DNA of 64,000 bases from an uncultured Neomegalonema sp. (lineage in GTDB: Bacteria > Pseudomonadota > Alphaproteobacteria > Rhodobacterales > Rhodobacteraceae). The translations under genes were made by a program, and so were the position numbers. Position 1 is the stretch's first letter; each line of letters opens with the position of its first letter. This document shows positions 1-10,826 of this stretch, in pieces. The stretch spans positions 6,849 to 70,848 of the forward strand of contig CALKBI010000049.1 of NCBI GenBank assembly GCA_937990185.1, given 5' to 3'. The notes beneath the pieces were generated by a model. The model worked only from the letters and a program-made list of their open reading frames with translations. It did not search any database and was not told where the DNA came from.

Positions 1-621
1 CCGATGCGCCTGTCGTCAGAGGCATTGGGCATCGAGGCATGAAGAGTCCAACCATGATGGAACGATGCTTCGCCGGGTGAAAGCGGACAGAGCACAGCGC
101 CGCTTTCGCTAACACCCTTCACGGATTGCCCGCGAAAGAGGACGTTATTTTGATCGGCATTATCTTCGTGATCCATTTGGCCTTGTGTGTGACTGCCGGG
201 GAGCATCCGCATACACCCGCTGTCGGCATTGGCGGGTGAGAGAGCGAGCCACATCGACACCTGGTCATCGCTGGAAAGGCCCCAATATGTGAGATCCTGA
301 TGCCAGCTTACGAAGCTGTCGGTGTGAGGTTCCTTCACGATGTAAGTCGAGTCAAACAGCATAATGTCCGGGCCGAGCATCTGCTCTACCGCATCCAGTA
401 CGGCGGGGTGTGTCACCGCTTCAGCGGCGAAATCGAGAATTGTATGTGCTTTTGTGACGTAATGCAGAGGGCCGTGTTCGGCCTCTACCGCTTCCATTTT
501 CGCACGATGAGCTTGGGCTTCATCAGTTGAGAGAATAGAAATCGGAGACGCATAACCATCACGTTGATAGGTCGCGGCAAGCGAGGTCTGTGTGATGTTT
601 TGTTGTGCAATGGCGTGCATG
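1..621 (-). CDS. phytanoyl-CoA dioxygenase (PhyH) family Fe(II)/2-oxoglutarate oxygenase; C-terminal end lies outside the window
   Basis: I translated the minus strand from the ATG at 619-621. The ORF is absent from the track because it runs off the window. Sequence MHAIAQQNITQ...FVSWHQDLTYWGL...SFHHGWTLHAS shows the HxD...H facial-triad pattern and overall look of the PhyH family. Confidence 0.7.
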
Positions 622-741
622 GCAGTCTCCTCTTCAAGAGAAGATTTCTGCGCCATACACGATTTCCGCTATAGCATTTGCGTCAAAACCTGCCCGTTTG
701 CGACCAGTCGAAGTGTTTTTTGTGTAACGAATACAGTTCTT

Positions 742-2520
742 TTAAGGTCTGATATATTTGTTTTCTTTTAAGAATATCAGAAGCTCATCAGCGGCCTCTT
801 CCGGTGATTGGTTTGTCGTTGCCAGTCTGATTTCAGGGTTTTGCGGTGCTTCATAAGGGCTGTCGATGCCGGTGAAGTTTTTGAGCTCGCCTGAACGTGC
901 TTTGGCGTAAAGACCTTTGACATCCCGTTGTTCAGCGATTTCGAGCGGGGTATCGACATGGATTTCTACAAACTCGCCGTCTTCCATCATTTGGCGGGCC
1001 ATTTTCCGTTCTGAGCGAAACGGCGATATGAAAGAAACGAGGACGATCAATCCCGCTTCGACCATCAATTTGCCGACCTCGGAGACGCGGCGGATATTTT
1101 CCACGCGGTCGGCGTCTGTGAAGCCTAAATCCTGATTAAGACCGTGGCGGACATTATCTCCGTCGAGGATAGCGGTGTGATGCCCCATCGCATGGAGCTT
1201 TTGTTCCAGTGCATTGGCGATGGTCGATTTGCCCGACCCGGACAGACCCGTGAACCACAGGATTGCCGGACGCTGACCTTTGAGTTCTGAGCGCGCATGT
1301 TTGTCGATATCGAGCGCTTGCATATGAATGTTTGCCGCGCGGCGTAGGGCAAAATCGATCAGGCCAACACCAACTGTTTCGTTCGTTAGGAGGTCGGTGA
1401 TTGTAAACCGTCCGGTATCGCGGTTCTCAACAAAAGGGTCGAAGGCGATCTGGCGGTCGAGATTGAGGTGACAAACACCGATGTCATTTTTCTCAAGCGT
1501 TCGCGCCGCGCGCTCATCCATCGTGTCAATGTCGATTGCATGACGGGGTTGTGCGATGGTTGCTTGTGCTGTCATCGCTCCGAGTTTCATGGTGTAGGTC
1601 CGGCCCGGTAATAGCTCGTTGTCGCTCATCCAGAAAATCGTTGCGCGAAACTGGTCCGAGATTTCGCAAGGATGGGATGCCGCGCTGATAATCTCGCCAG
1701 TTGAAATTTTTAGCGGGTTAGCGAAAGAAAGAGTGACGGATTGCCCGGTTGTTGCTGAACCGAGAAGATCATCACCGGCTTTGATTTCAGAGACAGAGCT
1801 TTCTTTGATTGAAGGAAGCAATTTTACTTTATCATCGGGCGCGATTGTGCCGCTCACAATCCTGCCGGTTGCGCCAGACTCGGTCGCCGAGTCGACGATC
1901 ATGCGAAATGGTTTTTCCTGTGCGGTCTGATCGAGCTGAATATTTTCGAGCGCAGCCAGCAATGTTTGACCTGTGAACCACGGTATCTCGGTTGCCTTTG
2001 TCGTGATGTTGCCGCCCTTAAAAGCCGCAATCGGAAGGGCGGTGACTGAGCTGAAATTCAGATCTCTGGCCAGTGCATTGAAGTCTGATTCAATTTTGTC
2101 GAAGGCCGATTTTTTGTAGCCATTCAAATCGAGCGTGTTGATGCCAAGCACAATATTTTTGATGCCCAGTTGAGAGAGCAACACTGCATCCCATCGCGTT
2201 TGCGGGAGCACTCCGTTGCGGGCGTCTATCATCACCACCGCAATATCGGCAGAAGATTTAGAGCTTATCAAAGCGTCGGTAAATGTATCTTGGACAGCGG
2301 TTGCTGTGATTAAAACACGGCGCGTTCCGCAATCAACATAGCGATAATGCGCTTGCAGTGCTTCTTCGCTTGTGCCGAGTAACTGTCCGATCAGGGCAGC
2401 CTTGCCGGAATCACCAGCGCCGCAAACAACGACACGGAGCAAAGGCTTGTTTGAGTCCGAACTGCTATAAGCCGCACGGTCACTTTTCGCGATATCGGTA
2501 TAAAAAGGAAGGTGGGTCAT
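742..2520 (-). CDS. cysNC: CysN-like (degenerate GTPase) / adenylylsulfate kinase CysC fusion
   Basis: The C-terminal ~190 aa is a clean APS kinase ([16 protein letters not shown]...[11 protein letters not shown]...FISPF). The N-terminal part aligns to the EF-Tu-like CysN domains II/III, but G1/G3/G4 are degenerate. Start chosen at MTHLPFY (ATG 2520); the longer track ORF start gives an Arg/Cys-rich extension that looks noncoding. Confidence 0.8.
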   Translation of the reverse strand: MTHLPFYTDIAKSDRAAYSSSDSNKPLLRVVVCGAGDSGKAALIGQLLGTSEEALQAHYRYVDCGTRRVLITATAVQDTFTDALISSKSSADIAVVMIDARNGVLPQTRWDAVLLSQLGIKNIVLGINTLDLNGYKKSAFDKIESDFNALARDLNFSSVTALPIAAFKGGNITTKATEIPWFTGQTLLAALENIQLDQTAQEKPFRMIVDSATESGATGRIVSGTIAPDDKVKLLPSIKESSVSEIKAGDDLLGSATTGQSVTLSFANPLKISTGEIISAASHPCEISDQFRATIFWMSDNELLPGRTYTMKLGAMTAQATIAQPRHAIDIDTMDERAARTLEKNDIGVCHLNLDRQIAFDPFVENRDTGRFTITDLLTNETVGVGLIDFALRRAANIHMQALDIDKHARSELKGQRPAILWFTGLSGSGKSTIANALEQKLHAMGHHTAILDGDNVRHGLNQDLGFTDADRVENIRRVSEVGKLMVEAGLIVLVSFISPFRSERKMARQMMEDGEFVEIHVDTPLEIAEQRDVKGLYAKARSGELKNFTGIDSPYEAPQNPEIRLATTNQSPEEAADELLIFLKENKYIRP

Positions 2521-2561
2521 TCGAAGCAGCCGAGCCTTTCGGTACGATAAAACAAGAGAAC

Positions 2562-3332
2562 TTACGCCAGAGTTACACCGGCAGCATAGGCTACGAAATG
2601 TGGATTGTAGAGGTCCGATTTTCCGTACAAAAGCGGGCCGCCTTCCATCCGTTCGACGAAACCGCCAGCGGCACGAAGGACGGCATCGCCTGCCCCTGTA
2701 TCCCATTCCATTGTCGGACCAAGGCGCGGATAAAGATCAGCTTCCCCCGTTGCGACCAGACAGAATTTCAGGCTGGACCCTGCGGATTTATAGTCTGACA
2801 CCTGATAGCGGGAAATGAACTCTTCTGTTTCCGGGTTCTTATGTGATTTTGAGGCGACGACGCGCAGGGCGCTGTTATCCGGTTTGGCCACCGTGATTTG
2901 TCGTGGGGTGTCGTTGCCTTCTTGAAGCATCGCTTTGCCATCGTCTGCGGTCCAAAACATACGATCCGGCACGGGCGCATATACGTAACCACGCACAGGG
3001 ACGCCGTTTTCAATCAACGCGATATTGACCGTGAAATCTCCGCCACGCTTAACGAATTCTTTTGTCCCATCGAGCGGGTCGATGAGGAAAAACTGATCCG
3101 GGCGTTCGCCTTCATGGGACGCCGCGCGCTCTTCAGTGACGACAGCAACGTCCGGAAAAGCGGTTTCCAGTGCAGCGACAATAATCCGATCGGCTGCAAG
3201 GTCAGCCTCAGTAACCGGCGAGTCGTCCGCTTTCGCGCGGGCTTCAAAGTCCGTGTCGTAGACTTTCATAATCGCAGCACCGGCTTCGCGGCAGAGCGGT
3301 AACAGCAGAGCGTCAAGGTTTGAAATCGTCAT
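2562..3332 (-). CDS. cysQ: 3'(2'),5'-bisphosphate nucleotidase CysQ (inositol monophosphatase fold)
   Basis: Motifs [24 protein letters not shown] and [10 protein letters not shown]. It lies directly upstream of cysNC on the same strand. Confidence 0.85.
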   Translation of the reverse strand: MTISNLDALLLPLCREAGAAIMKVYDTDFEARAKADDSPVTEADLAADRIIVAALETAFPDVAVVTEERAASHEGERPDQFFLIDPLDGTKEFVKRGGDFTVNIALIENGVPVRGYVYAPVPDRMFWTADDGKAMLQEGNDTPRQITVAKPDNSALRVVASKSHKNPETEEFISRYQVSDYKSAGSSLKFCLVATGEADLYPRLGPTMEWDTGAGDAVLRAAGGFVERMEGGPLLYGKSDLYNPHFVAYAAGVTLA

Positions 3333-3361
3333 TGAATTACTCCAAACTAAAGAGGCAATAA

Positions 3362-4930
3362 TCAGTGCCGGAAATGGCGCATACCTGTAAAGACCATCGC
3401 AAGGCCGAGATCATTTGCCGCCGCAATGACCTCTTCGTCGCGCATTGAACCACCCGGTTGAATGAGCGCAGTCGCGCCTGCTTCTGCGGCAGTGACAACA
3501 CCATCGGCGAAGGGGAAGAAAGCATCGGAGGCAACAACGGACCCGCGCGTAAAAGGCTCCGGCAAGCCCATCGCTTCGGCCATATCGACGGCCTTGCGTG
3601 CAGCAATGCGGGTGGAGTCGACACGGCTCATTTGACCCGCACCGATGCCAACCGTTGCACCGTCTTTTACATAGACGATGGCGTTGGATTTGACATGCTT
3701 TGCAACGCGCCATGCGAACATCAAATCGCGTAACTCTTCTGCTGTCGGTTGGCGGGTTGTTGCTGTGGTGAGATCATTCGCGGAAACATGCCCGCCATCC
3801 CGATCTTGAAGTAAAAATCCACCGGAGACAAATTTAGGCGTGCGTGCGGCAGTTGCCGGATCGGGCAAGCCGTCGACGGTCAGAAGGCGTAGATTTTTCT
3901 TTGCGGCAAAGACGGCGCGGGCCTCTTCATCTGCGCCGGGTGCGATCACGACCTCGGTGAAAATTTCGGCGATCTTGTTCGCCGTCTCTCCATCCAGCGG
4001 ACGATTGCACGCGACGATACCGCCGAACGCAGAAACACGGTCGCAATTATAAGCACTCTCATATGCTGCGGCTAAGGATGGACCCGTTGCCACACCGCAT
4101 GGGTTTGCGTGTTTGACAATCACGATGGCGGGGTCATCAAATTCGGCGACCGCTTCATAGGCGGCATCGGTATCGTTGATGTTATTGTAGCTGAGTTCTT
4201 TGCCTTGAAGCTGAATAGCGGAGGCGACACCGGGGCGCTTATCGCCCGTCACGTAAAAGGCTGCTGATTGGTGAGGGTTCTCACCATAGCGCAAAGTTTG
4301 GCGGAGCGTTCCGGCAAAGGCGGCGGAGGTTGGTGTTTTCTCTCCCAGAGCCTCGGCATACCAACTGGAAATTGCAGCGTCATAGCGTGCGGTGCGGGCA
4401 TAGGCTTTAGCGGCGAGGGTTTTGCGCGCGGGATCATCCAATCCGCCCGGAAGCGCCGCGAGAATGGTTGCGTAATCTGCCGGCTCCGTAACGACAGCGC
4501 AATGTTGCCAGTTCTTTGCCCCTGCGCGGATCATCGCCGGTCCGCCAATGTCGATATTTTCGATACAGGTATCGAAATCAGCCCCGCCCGCGACTGTCTT
4601 CTCGAACGGGTAGAGATTGACCACAAGCAAATCGATTCCGCCGATGCCGTGCGCATCCATGACTTTTGCATGGTCGGGATTATCGCGGAGGGCAAGCAAG
4701 CCACCATGCACAGCCGGATGCAATGTTTTGACGCGGCCATCCATCATCTCAGGGAAGCCTGTTAGCTCGGCAACATCTTTAACTGGCATTCCGGCATCGG
4801 AAATTGCCTTAGACGTGCCGCCCGTGGATATTAATTCCACACCAGCATCATGAAGAGCTTGTGCAAACTCGAGCAGCCCAGACTTATCGGAAACCGAGAT
4901 CAGCGCGCGTTTTAAAGGTCTTACTGTCAT
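3362..4930 (-). CDS. purH: bifunctional AICAR transformylase / IMP cyclohydrolase
   Basis: Full-length PurH-like translation ([11 protein letters not shown]...TGGT...MRHFRH). Start set at [10 protein letters not shown] (ATG 4930). Confidence 0.95.
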   Translation of the reverse strand: MTVRPLKRALISVSDKSGLLEFAQALHDAGVELISTGGTSKAISDAGMPVKDVAELTGFPEMMDGRVKTLHPAVHGGLLALRDNPDHAKVMDAHGIGGIDLLVVNLYPFEKTVAGGADFDTCIENIDIGGPAMIRAGAKNWQHCAVVTEPADYATILAALPGGLDDPARKTLAAKAYARTARYDAAISSWYAEALGEKTPTSAAFAGTLRQTLRYGENPHQSAAFYVTGDKRPGVASAIQLQGKELSYNNINDTDAAYEAVAEFDDPAIVIVKHANPCGVATGPSLAAAYESAYNCDRVSAFGGIVACNRPLDGETANKIAEIFTEVVIAPGADEEARAVFAAKKNLRLLTVDGLPDPATAARTPKFVSGGFLLQDRDGGHVSANDLTTATTRQPTAEELRDLMFAWRVAKHVKSNAIVYVKDGATVGIGAGQMSRVDSTRIAARKAVDMAEAMGLPEPFTRGSVVASDAFFPFADGVVTAAEAGATALIQPGGSMRDEEVIAAANDLGLAMVFTGMRHFRH

Positions 4931-5067
4931 GGAAATCTCGCTTTTGTGCAATGCACCATGACCTAGCGGAGAATACGGTCCGGCTCAAGTGTTGCGACAC
5001 TTTGACTCTCCCTGCGTTTGGCGTAGGCTCAGCGCCGCAACAAGTCGTGTTTTGGGAGATCAAATTT

Positions 5068-5400
5068 ATGAGTGAACAAAAAGAAAAGCTAGCCAAGTAT
5101 AAGGCCGAAGCCGAGGAACAACTGAAAGCGTCAGGCGAATCAAAAATTGATGATGCGATGCTGACCGAGCGCTGTAATGCCCTGCGCGTTCTTATGAACA
5201 ACCGCGATGCGCTTTATGTGGCCGGAACGGACCCGAGCGAATTGGAAACCGTGCGTAAGAATTTCATCGTGAAAAAGCTCGGCATTGAAGACAAAGCCAA
5301 GGGCGAGGCGACGTGTAAAGCAGTTGCGGAGAAAATGAAAAGCAGCCGGATGAAAAACCGCGCCGCGTTCTATTACCTTTGTGCAAAAGCACTCGGATAA
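5068..5400 (+). CDS. small conserved hypothetical protein, DUF2853-like
   Basis: 110-aa ORF starting at ATG 5068 (MSEQKEKLAKY...DPSELETVRKNFIVKKLG...NRAAFYYLCAKALG). The pattern resembles alphaproteobacterial DUF2853 proteins. The longer track ORF start is unlikely. Confidence 0.55.
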   Translation: MSEQKEKLAKYKAEAEEQLKASGESKIDDAMLTERCNALRVLMNNRDALYVAGTDPSELETVRKNFIVKKLGIEDKAKGEATCKAVAEKMKSSRMKNRAAFYYLCAKALG

Positions 5401-5505
5401 GTTTGAGATTTTAAAAATCTAATTTTTGAGCGTTTTGAGATTTTTCTGAATCAGGTTTCACGCCAAGAACCGCATGAAACCTGATCCTTGTAACTCAAAT
5501 CTATC

Positions 5506-6030
5506 TCAAAAAGCTCTAACAGAAAAGCCGCCCCGAATAAACGAGGCGGCTTTTTTGTTTGGATGTAAATATGGGGAGGCTGCGACGGCATTCTGATAGT
5601 TCAAATCGATACCCAGACAAACCGCCTCGGCCATCTCACCGACCGGCTCGAAGAGCGACCGGCGCCCCTGCGCCGCCCCAGTGGAGCGGTGAGCGATAGC
5701 GAACTCGCGTGAACTCAAACAAAATTCCCGATATTCTTTTAGCCGCTTCCTGATCCGCTCAGACGACAGGTACACATCCCGGACCCTGGCGCGCTTCGTA
5801 TAACCAGCCTTCAGATGCAAAACCTGCCTCACATCACCCTCGGCGTCATACACGTCGCCGATCTTGAGGGATGCCAACTCCTTGGCCCTCAGACCTAACC
5901 AGTAACTCAGGACCACAACCGTCTGATCCCGTTCGCCATGCATCGTCGTCCCGGCGATCCTGATCAGCCTCTTAATCTGATCCGCATCCAAAACAACAGC
6001 TCGTCCTGTATCACCTTTACCTCTGGCCAT
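5506..6030 (-). pseudogene. truncated tyrosine recombinase / phage-type integrase fragment
   Basis: LSYWLGLRAKELASLKIGDV...LKAGYTKRARVRDVYLS resembles the start of an integrase catalytic domain (box I Arg, beta-hairpin Lys). The HxxR...Y part is missing and the reading frame runs into the terminator repeat. Confidence 0.55.
5523..5556. terminator. bidirectional intrinsic terminator hairpin, copy 1 (left islet boundary)
   Basis: A-tract, then stem gccgcc / ggcggc with loop ccgaataaacga, then T-tract. Identical to the copy at 7338-7371. Confidence 0.7.
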
Positions 6031-6156
6031 ATCTCGCCCTCACTCACATAATTCGACATCATGCGAACGAGATTATCGCGCTTCAAAACTCAGAGAAAGA
6101 GCAATTAAATCAAGTAAATGAACAACAAGCCACATCCTTGAGACAAACTATGTAGG

Positions 6157-6615
6157 TTAGGATTGTATACCAATTACGCGCTTTTTGTCATTTTGACTGA
6201 TTGAAAGAGACAATTTGGTGCATTGATCAAAATAACTAGCAACCTCAGCAGGTATGCTTCTAATTTCCATTGAGACACTTGGCATCGTCACCAAACGATA
6301 TGATGCACCAAATCTAGGTTCATCCTCGACATCAAAACTGAATACTCCTCGTTTTGAAAAATCAGAGAATGATTCCAAATACCTCTGCCGTTGAGGCAAC
6401 GAGAAGCCAACTGGCAGATTTTCGTCCACAGTTATGAAACTACATTGAAAATCTAACCCGTAAACAAATTCAAATATTGCATCTTGGGTACTGAGATTTG
6501 AAGCCACATGATCAGGAATAAAACCATTGCCACCTGAGGCAAAATGTAAAACCTGCTTCGAAGGCAACATCCAAAACCAGTCCAGATCAATCTCTTGTAA
6601 ATTATGTTCGGTCAC
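6157..6615 (-). CDS. hypothetical cytoplasmic protein, putative immunity partner of the upstream deaminase-like toxin
   Basis: 152-aa ORF with no signal peptide. It starts 4 nt after the toxin-like ORF stop on the same strand and has markedly AT-rich codon usage. I recognise no domain. Confidence 0.45.
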   Translation of the reverse strand: MTEHNLQEIDLDWFWMLPSKQVLHFASGGNGFIPDHVASNLSTQDAIFEFVYGLDFQCSFITVDENLPVGFSLPQRQRYLESFSDFSKRGVFSFDVEDEPRFGASYRLVTMPSVSMEIRSIPAEVASYFDQCTKLSLSISQNDKKRVIGIQS

Positions 6616-6618
6616 AAC

Positions 6619-7302
6619 TTATTCCGCGCCAAACACGTCTACGCAGTTTTGACAGCGAGGAACAGGGCGTCCAGTCCTTGGTCTGATTGCTTGTGTAAAC
6701 TCAATATCGCTAATTCTCAAATTAGGGTTTCCTAGCAACAACTCATTAGCAACCCTGAATTCAGCGCATCGGCCAAGCACATTGCCACATGATGTTCGCA
6801 CGCCTAAACCACCTAAATCATCAGCATATCTTTGAAGATCTGGATGTATAACTGATGGAACATCTCCACTGGTGGTCGTAACAATACGACCAGTTTGAGG
6901 GTCCACAGCACCAATAGCTGTCGTTGGTGGATTTCGTTGACCTCTGATGGACGCCGCAAAATCGTCTAATTGTCTCTGAGCATTCCCTAGTAGTCCCCTA
7001 TTTGGAGCAACTGACACCGGATTAAAGTGTAGTGATGCCTGTTGAAACGTAGATGCTGGCAATGCATGGGTCGCCGCTGTTGTCGTCACAGGGCCGACGG
7101 TAGTGATGATATGTACGGCGGTCAGGGGCGGACCGCGCGCTGTGAATGCTCTATCCGCGGCTTTGATCGTCTGGTGAGACGCGAATGTGGGGTGGGTGAG
7201 CTTTTGCGATTCCATTGCTGGTAAAGACCAAGCTCCGCTGGTCCCAATCACTGTCAAAGCGAACAAGAGAAAACAATAGATAAGGCGGCGCAGTATGATC
7301 AT
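6619..7302 (-). CDS. secreted deaminase-fold toxin-like protein (YwqJ/CDA-like CAE...CxxC motifs)
   Basis: N-terminal Sec signal MIILRRLIYCFLLFALTVIGTSGA. The C-terminal ~100 aa carries GRCAEF (C179-A-E181) and PRCQNC (C217/C220), 35 residues apart. This is the zinc-ligand and catalytic-Glu spacing of the cytidine-deaminase-like fold. Confidence 0.5.
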   Translation of the reverse strand: MIILRRLIYCFLLFALTVIGTSGAWSLPAMESQKLTHPTFASHQTIKAADRAFTARGPPLTAVHIITTVGPVTTTAATHALPASTFQQASLHFNPVSVAPNRGLLGNAQRQLDDFAASIRGQRNPPTTAIGAVDPQTGRIVTTTSGDVPSVIHPDLQRYADDLGGLGVRTSCGNVLGRCAEFRVANELLLGNPNLRISDIEFTQAIRPRTGRPVPRCQNCVDVFGAE

Positions 7303-7337
7303 GCTTCTCTTATAGAGTGAACGCTCCGCTATGACAA

Positions 7338-7371
7338 AAAAGCCGCCCCGAATAAACGAGGCGGCTTTTTT
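7338..7371. terminator. bidirectional intrinsic terminator hairpin, copy 2 (right islet boundary; downstream of groEL)
   Basis: Same 34 bp as 5523-5556. It lies ~160 nt downstream of the groEL stop. Confidence 0.7.
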
Positions 7372-7528
7372 AGTTTTTGTATCTCGGAACGTTTGGCGGT
7401 CTGCTTATGCCGACCGTTTTTTGGCTTGGGTGCGGGCTTTCAATGGTGCTTCGCATCATTTGCCGCTGTGATATCGGGAGCCTTTGTCTGACTCCCTGCG
7501 TTCGACGGCTTCGCCATCGAAACGCTTT

Positions 7529-9196
<1,668 letters not shown>

Positions 9197-9238
9197 TCAG
9201 AATTCTGGATTGTTACGGGAAAGCGAGATGGAATTGGC

Positions 9239-9526
9239 TCAGCTGAGCACGCCCATGATGTCGCTTTCTTTCATGATCAACAGTTCTTCACCGTCGATTT
9301 TGACTTCCGTGCCTGACCATTTGCCAAACAGCACTTTGTCACCTGCTTTAACATCAAGCGGGGCAATCTCGCCGCTGTCTTTGCGGGCGCCGGTTCCCAC
9401 GGAGACGATTTCGCCTTCCTGTGGTTTCTCTTTTGCGGAATCAGGGATGATAAGGCCCCCGGCAGTTTTTTCGTCGCTTTCAATGCGCTTTACGAGCACA
9501 CGGTCGTGGAGTGGGCGAAAAGCCAT
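9239..9526 (-). CDS. groS: co-chaperonin GroES
   Basis: [14 protein letters not shown]...GGLIIPD...; start at ATG 9526. Confidence 0.97.
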   Translation of the reverse strand: MAFRPLHDRVLVKRIESDEKTAGGLIIPDSAKEKPQEGEIVSVGTGARKDSGEIAPLDVKAGDKVLFGKWSGTEVKIDGEELLIMKESDIMGVLS

Positions 9527-9593
9527 AGCGTCGCTCCTGGATGCTAGATAAATTTTTGTTACCCTCAAGCGTCAGCCGAACCCGGAAGTGGTG

Positions 9594-9620
9594 TTGGCAC
9601 TCTCTTCAAGTGAGTGCTAA
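9594..9620 (-). promoter_or_regulatory. CIRCE element (HrcA operator)
   Basis: ttggcactc-N9-gagtgctaa, against consensus TTAGCACTC-N9-GAGTGCTAA (one mismatch). It lies in the groES leader. Confidence 0.85.
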
Positions 9621-9638
9621 CGCTTGCGAATGACGGAG

Positions 9639-9665
9639 GTAAGGGGCACGGCTCTCAGAGTCAAG
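9639..9665 (-). promoter_or_regulatory. sigma-32-type promoter candidate for groESL
   Basis: The minus strand reads CTTGAC-N13-CCCCTTAC immediately upstream of CIRCE. Confidence 0.45.
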
Positions 9666-9890
9666 AGATCGGTGCGACAGAATTTCCTGATTTTGGATTT
9701 TGCATCTCGAGGGGGGGTTGAGTGCTGGTTTGTGGCCCAAAAGAGTGCCGATTAACGGATTTTACCACGCATTTTGAGGGGTTTTCTCTGGCGGGTTCCT
9801 GATCTTGCAAGAGTTTTAGGGCGATTTTCCATGCCTCGACAAAGCTATGGTCTATGTGATCCTCTGAATGCTTGAACGAGGGGAGGGCTT

Positions 9891-10826
9891 ATGGCCGGAG
9901 ATTTCGAGTCGATTGATGATGTCCAGCGCCGTCTCGCAGAGGTCAATTACGTGTGCGGGAGGGGCCTCGCGACGGTCGTTTTCCTGTCTCTGAAGCTCGG
10001 ACGGCCCATCTTTCTGGAGGGTGAGGCCGGTGTTGGGAAGACTGAAATAGCGAAGGCAATCAGTACGTTATTAGGCCGAAAATTGATCCGCTTGCAATGC
10101 TATGAAGGTCTGGACGCGGCATCCGCCGTGTACGAATGGAACTATGCTGCGCAGATGGTCGAAATCCGTTTGGCCGAAGCGGTTGGGGTAGAGGACCGCG
10201 ATGCTATCGCTGCTGATGTCTTCTCCGAAAAACATTTGATTTCAAGACCTTTGCTCGAAGCGATGCGCCCACAGGACGGCGGCGCTCCGGTTTTGCTGAT
10301 CGACGAAATCGACCGCGCGGATGAACCTTTTGAAGCGTTTCTGCTGGAGGCACTAAGCGATTTTCAGGTTACAATTCCGGAGGTTGGCGTCATAAAAGCG
10401 CCTGAACCGCCCATCGTGATCGTCACCTCAAACCGTACCCGCGAAGTGCATGATGCTCTAAAACGCCGCTGTCTCTATCACTGGGTAGATTATCCGAACT
10501 TCGAACGCGAATTAGAGATTTTGCAGGCGAAAGCGCCTGAAGCTTCTGAGGCTTTGTCCCGTGAAGTTGCTGCGTTTATTCAAAGACTTAGAGGCGAGGA
10601 TCTGTTCAAAAATCCGGGTGTTGCCGAAACACTGGATTGGGCAAAAGCACTGGTTGCGCTCGATGCGGTCGCACTTGATCCTCAGTCCATTTCTGACAGC
10701 TTGGGCGCACTCCTGAAATACCAAGACGATATTGCTAAAATGCAAGGCTCAGAAGCAAGTCGTATACTGGATGAAGCGCGTCAAGATTTAACGGGCCGCA
10801 GTACTGAAGCAAAGGGCCGAACGTGA
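9891..10826 (+). CDS. MoxR-family AAA+ ATPase (CoxD-like)
   Basis: Walker A GEAGVGKT, Walker B LLIDEIDRA, SNRTRE sensor. It is followed by a VWA-domain gene. Confidence 0.85.
   Translation: MAGDFESIDDVQRRLAEVNYVCGRGLATVVFLSLKLGRPIFLEGEAGVGKTEIAKAISTLLGRKLIRLQCYEGLDAASAVYEWNYAAQMVEIRLAEAVGVEDRDAIAADVFSEKHLISRPLLEAMRPQDGGAPVLLIDEIDRADEPFEAFLLEALSDFQVTIPEVGVIKAPEPPIVIVTSNRTREVHDALKRRCLYHWVDYPNFERELEILQAKAPEASEALSREVAAFIQRLRGEDLFKNPGVAETLDWAKALVALDAVALDPQSISDSLGALLKYQDDIAKMQGSEASRILDEARQDLTGRSTEAKGRT

Larger units (their letters stand above)
5523..7371. mobile_element. degenerate integrative islet (integrase remnant + toxin/immunity-like pair) bounded by 34-bp direct repeats
   Basis: A perfect direct repeat aaaagccgccccgaataaacgaggcggctttttt occurs at 5523-5556 and 7338-7371. 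The interior contains a truncated tyrosine-recombinase ORF and two accessory ORFs. The 6060-6620 stretch is visibly AT-rich. Confidence 0.6.

Noticed and set aside
300-530. 76-aa plus-strand ORF
   Set aside because: It is antisense to the clear PhyH-family reading frame on the minus strand (1-621) and has no motifs.
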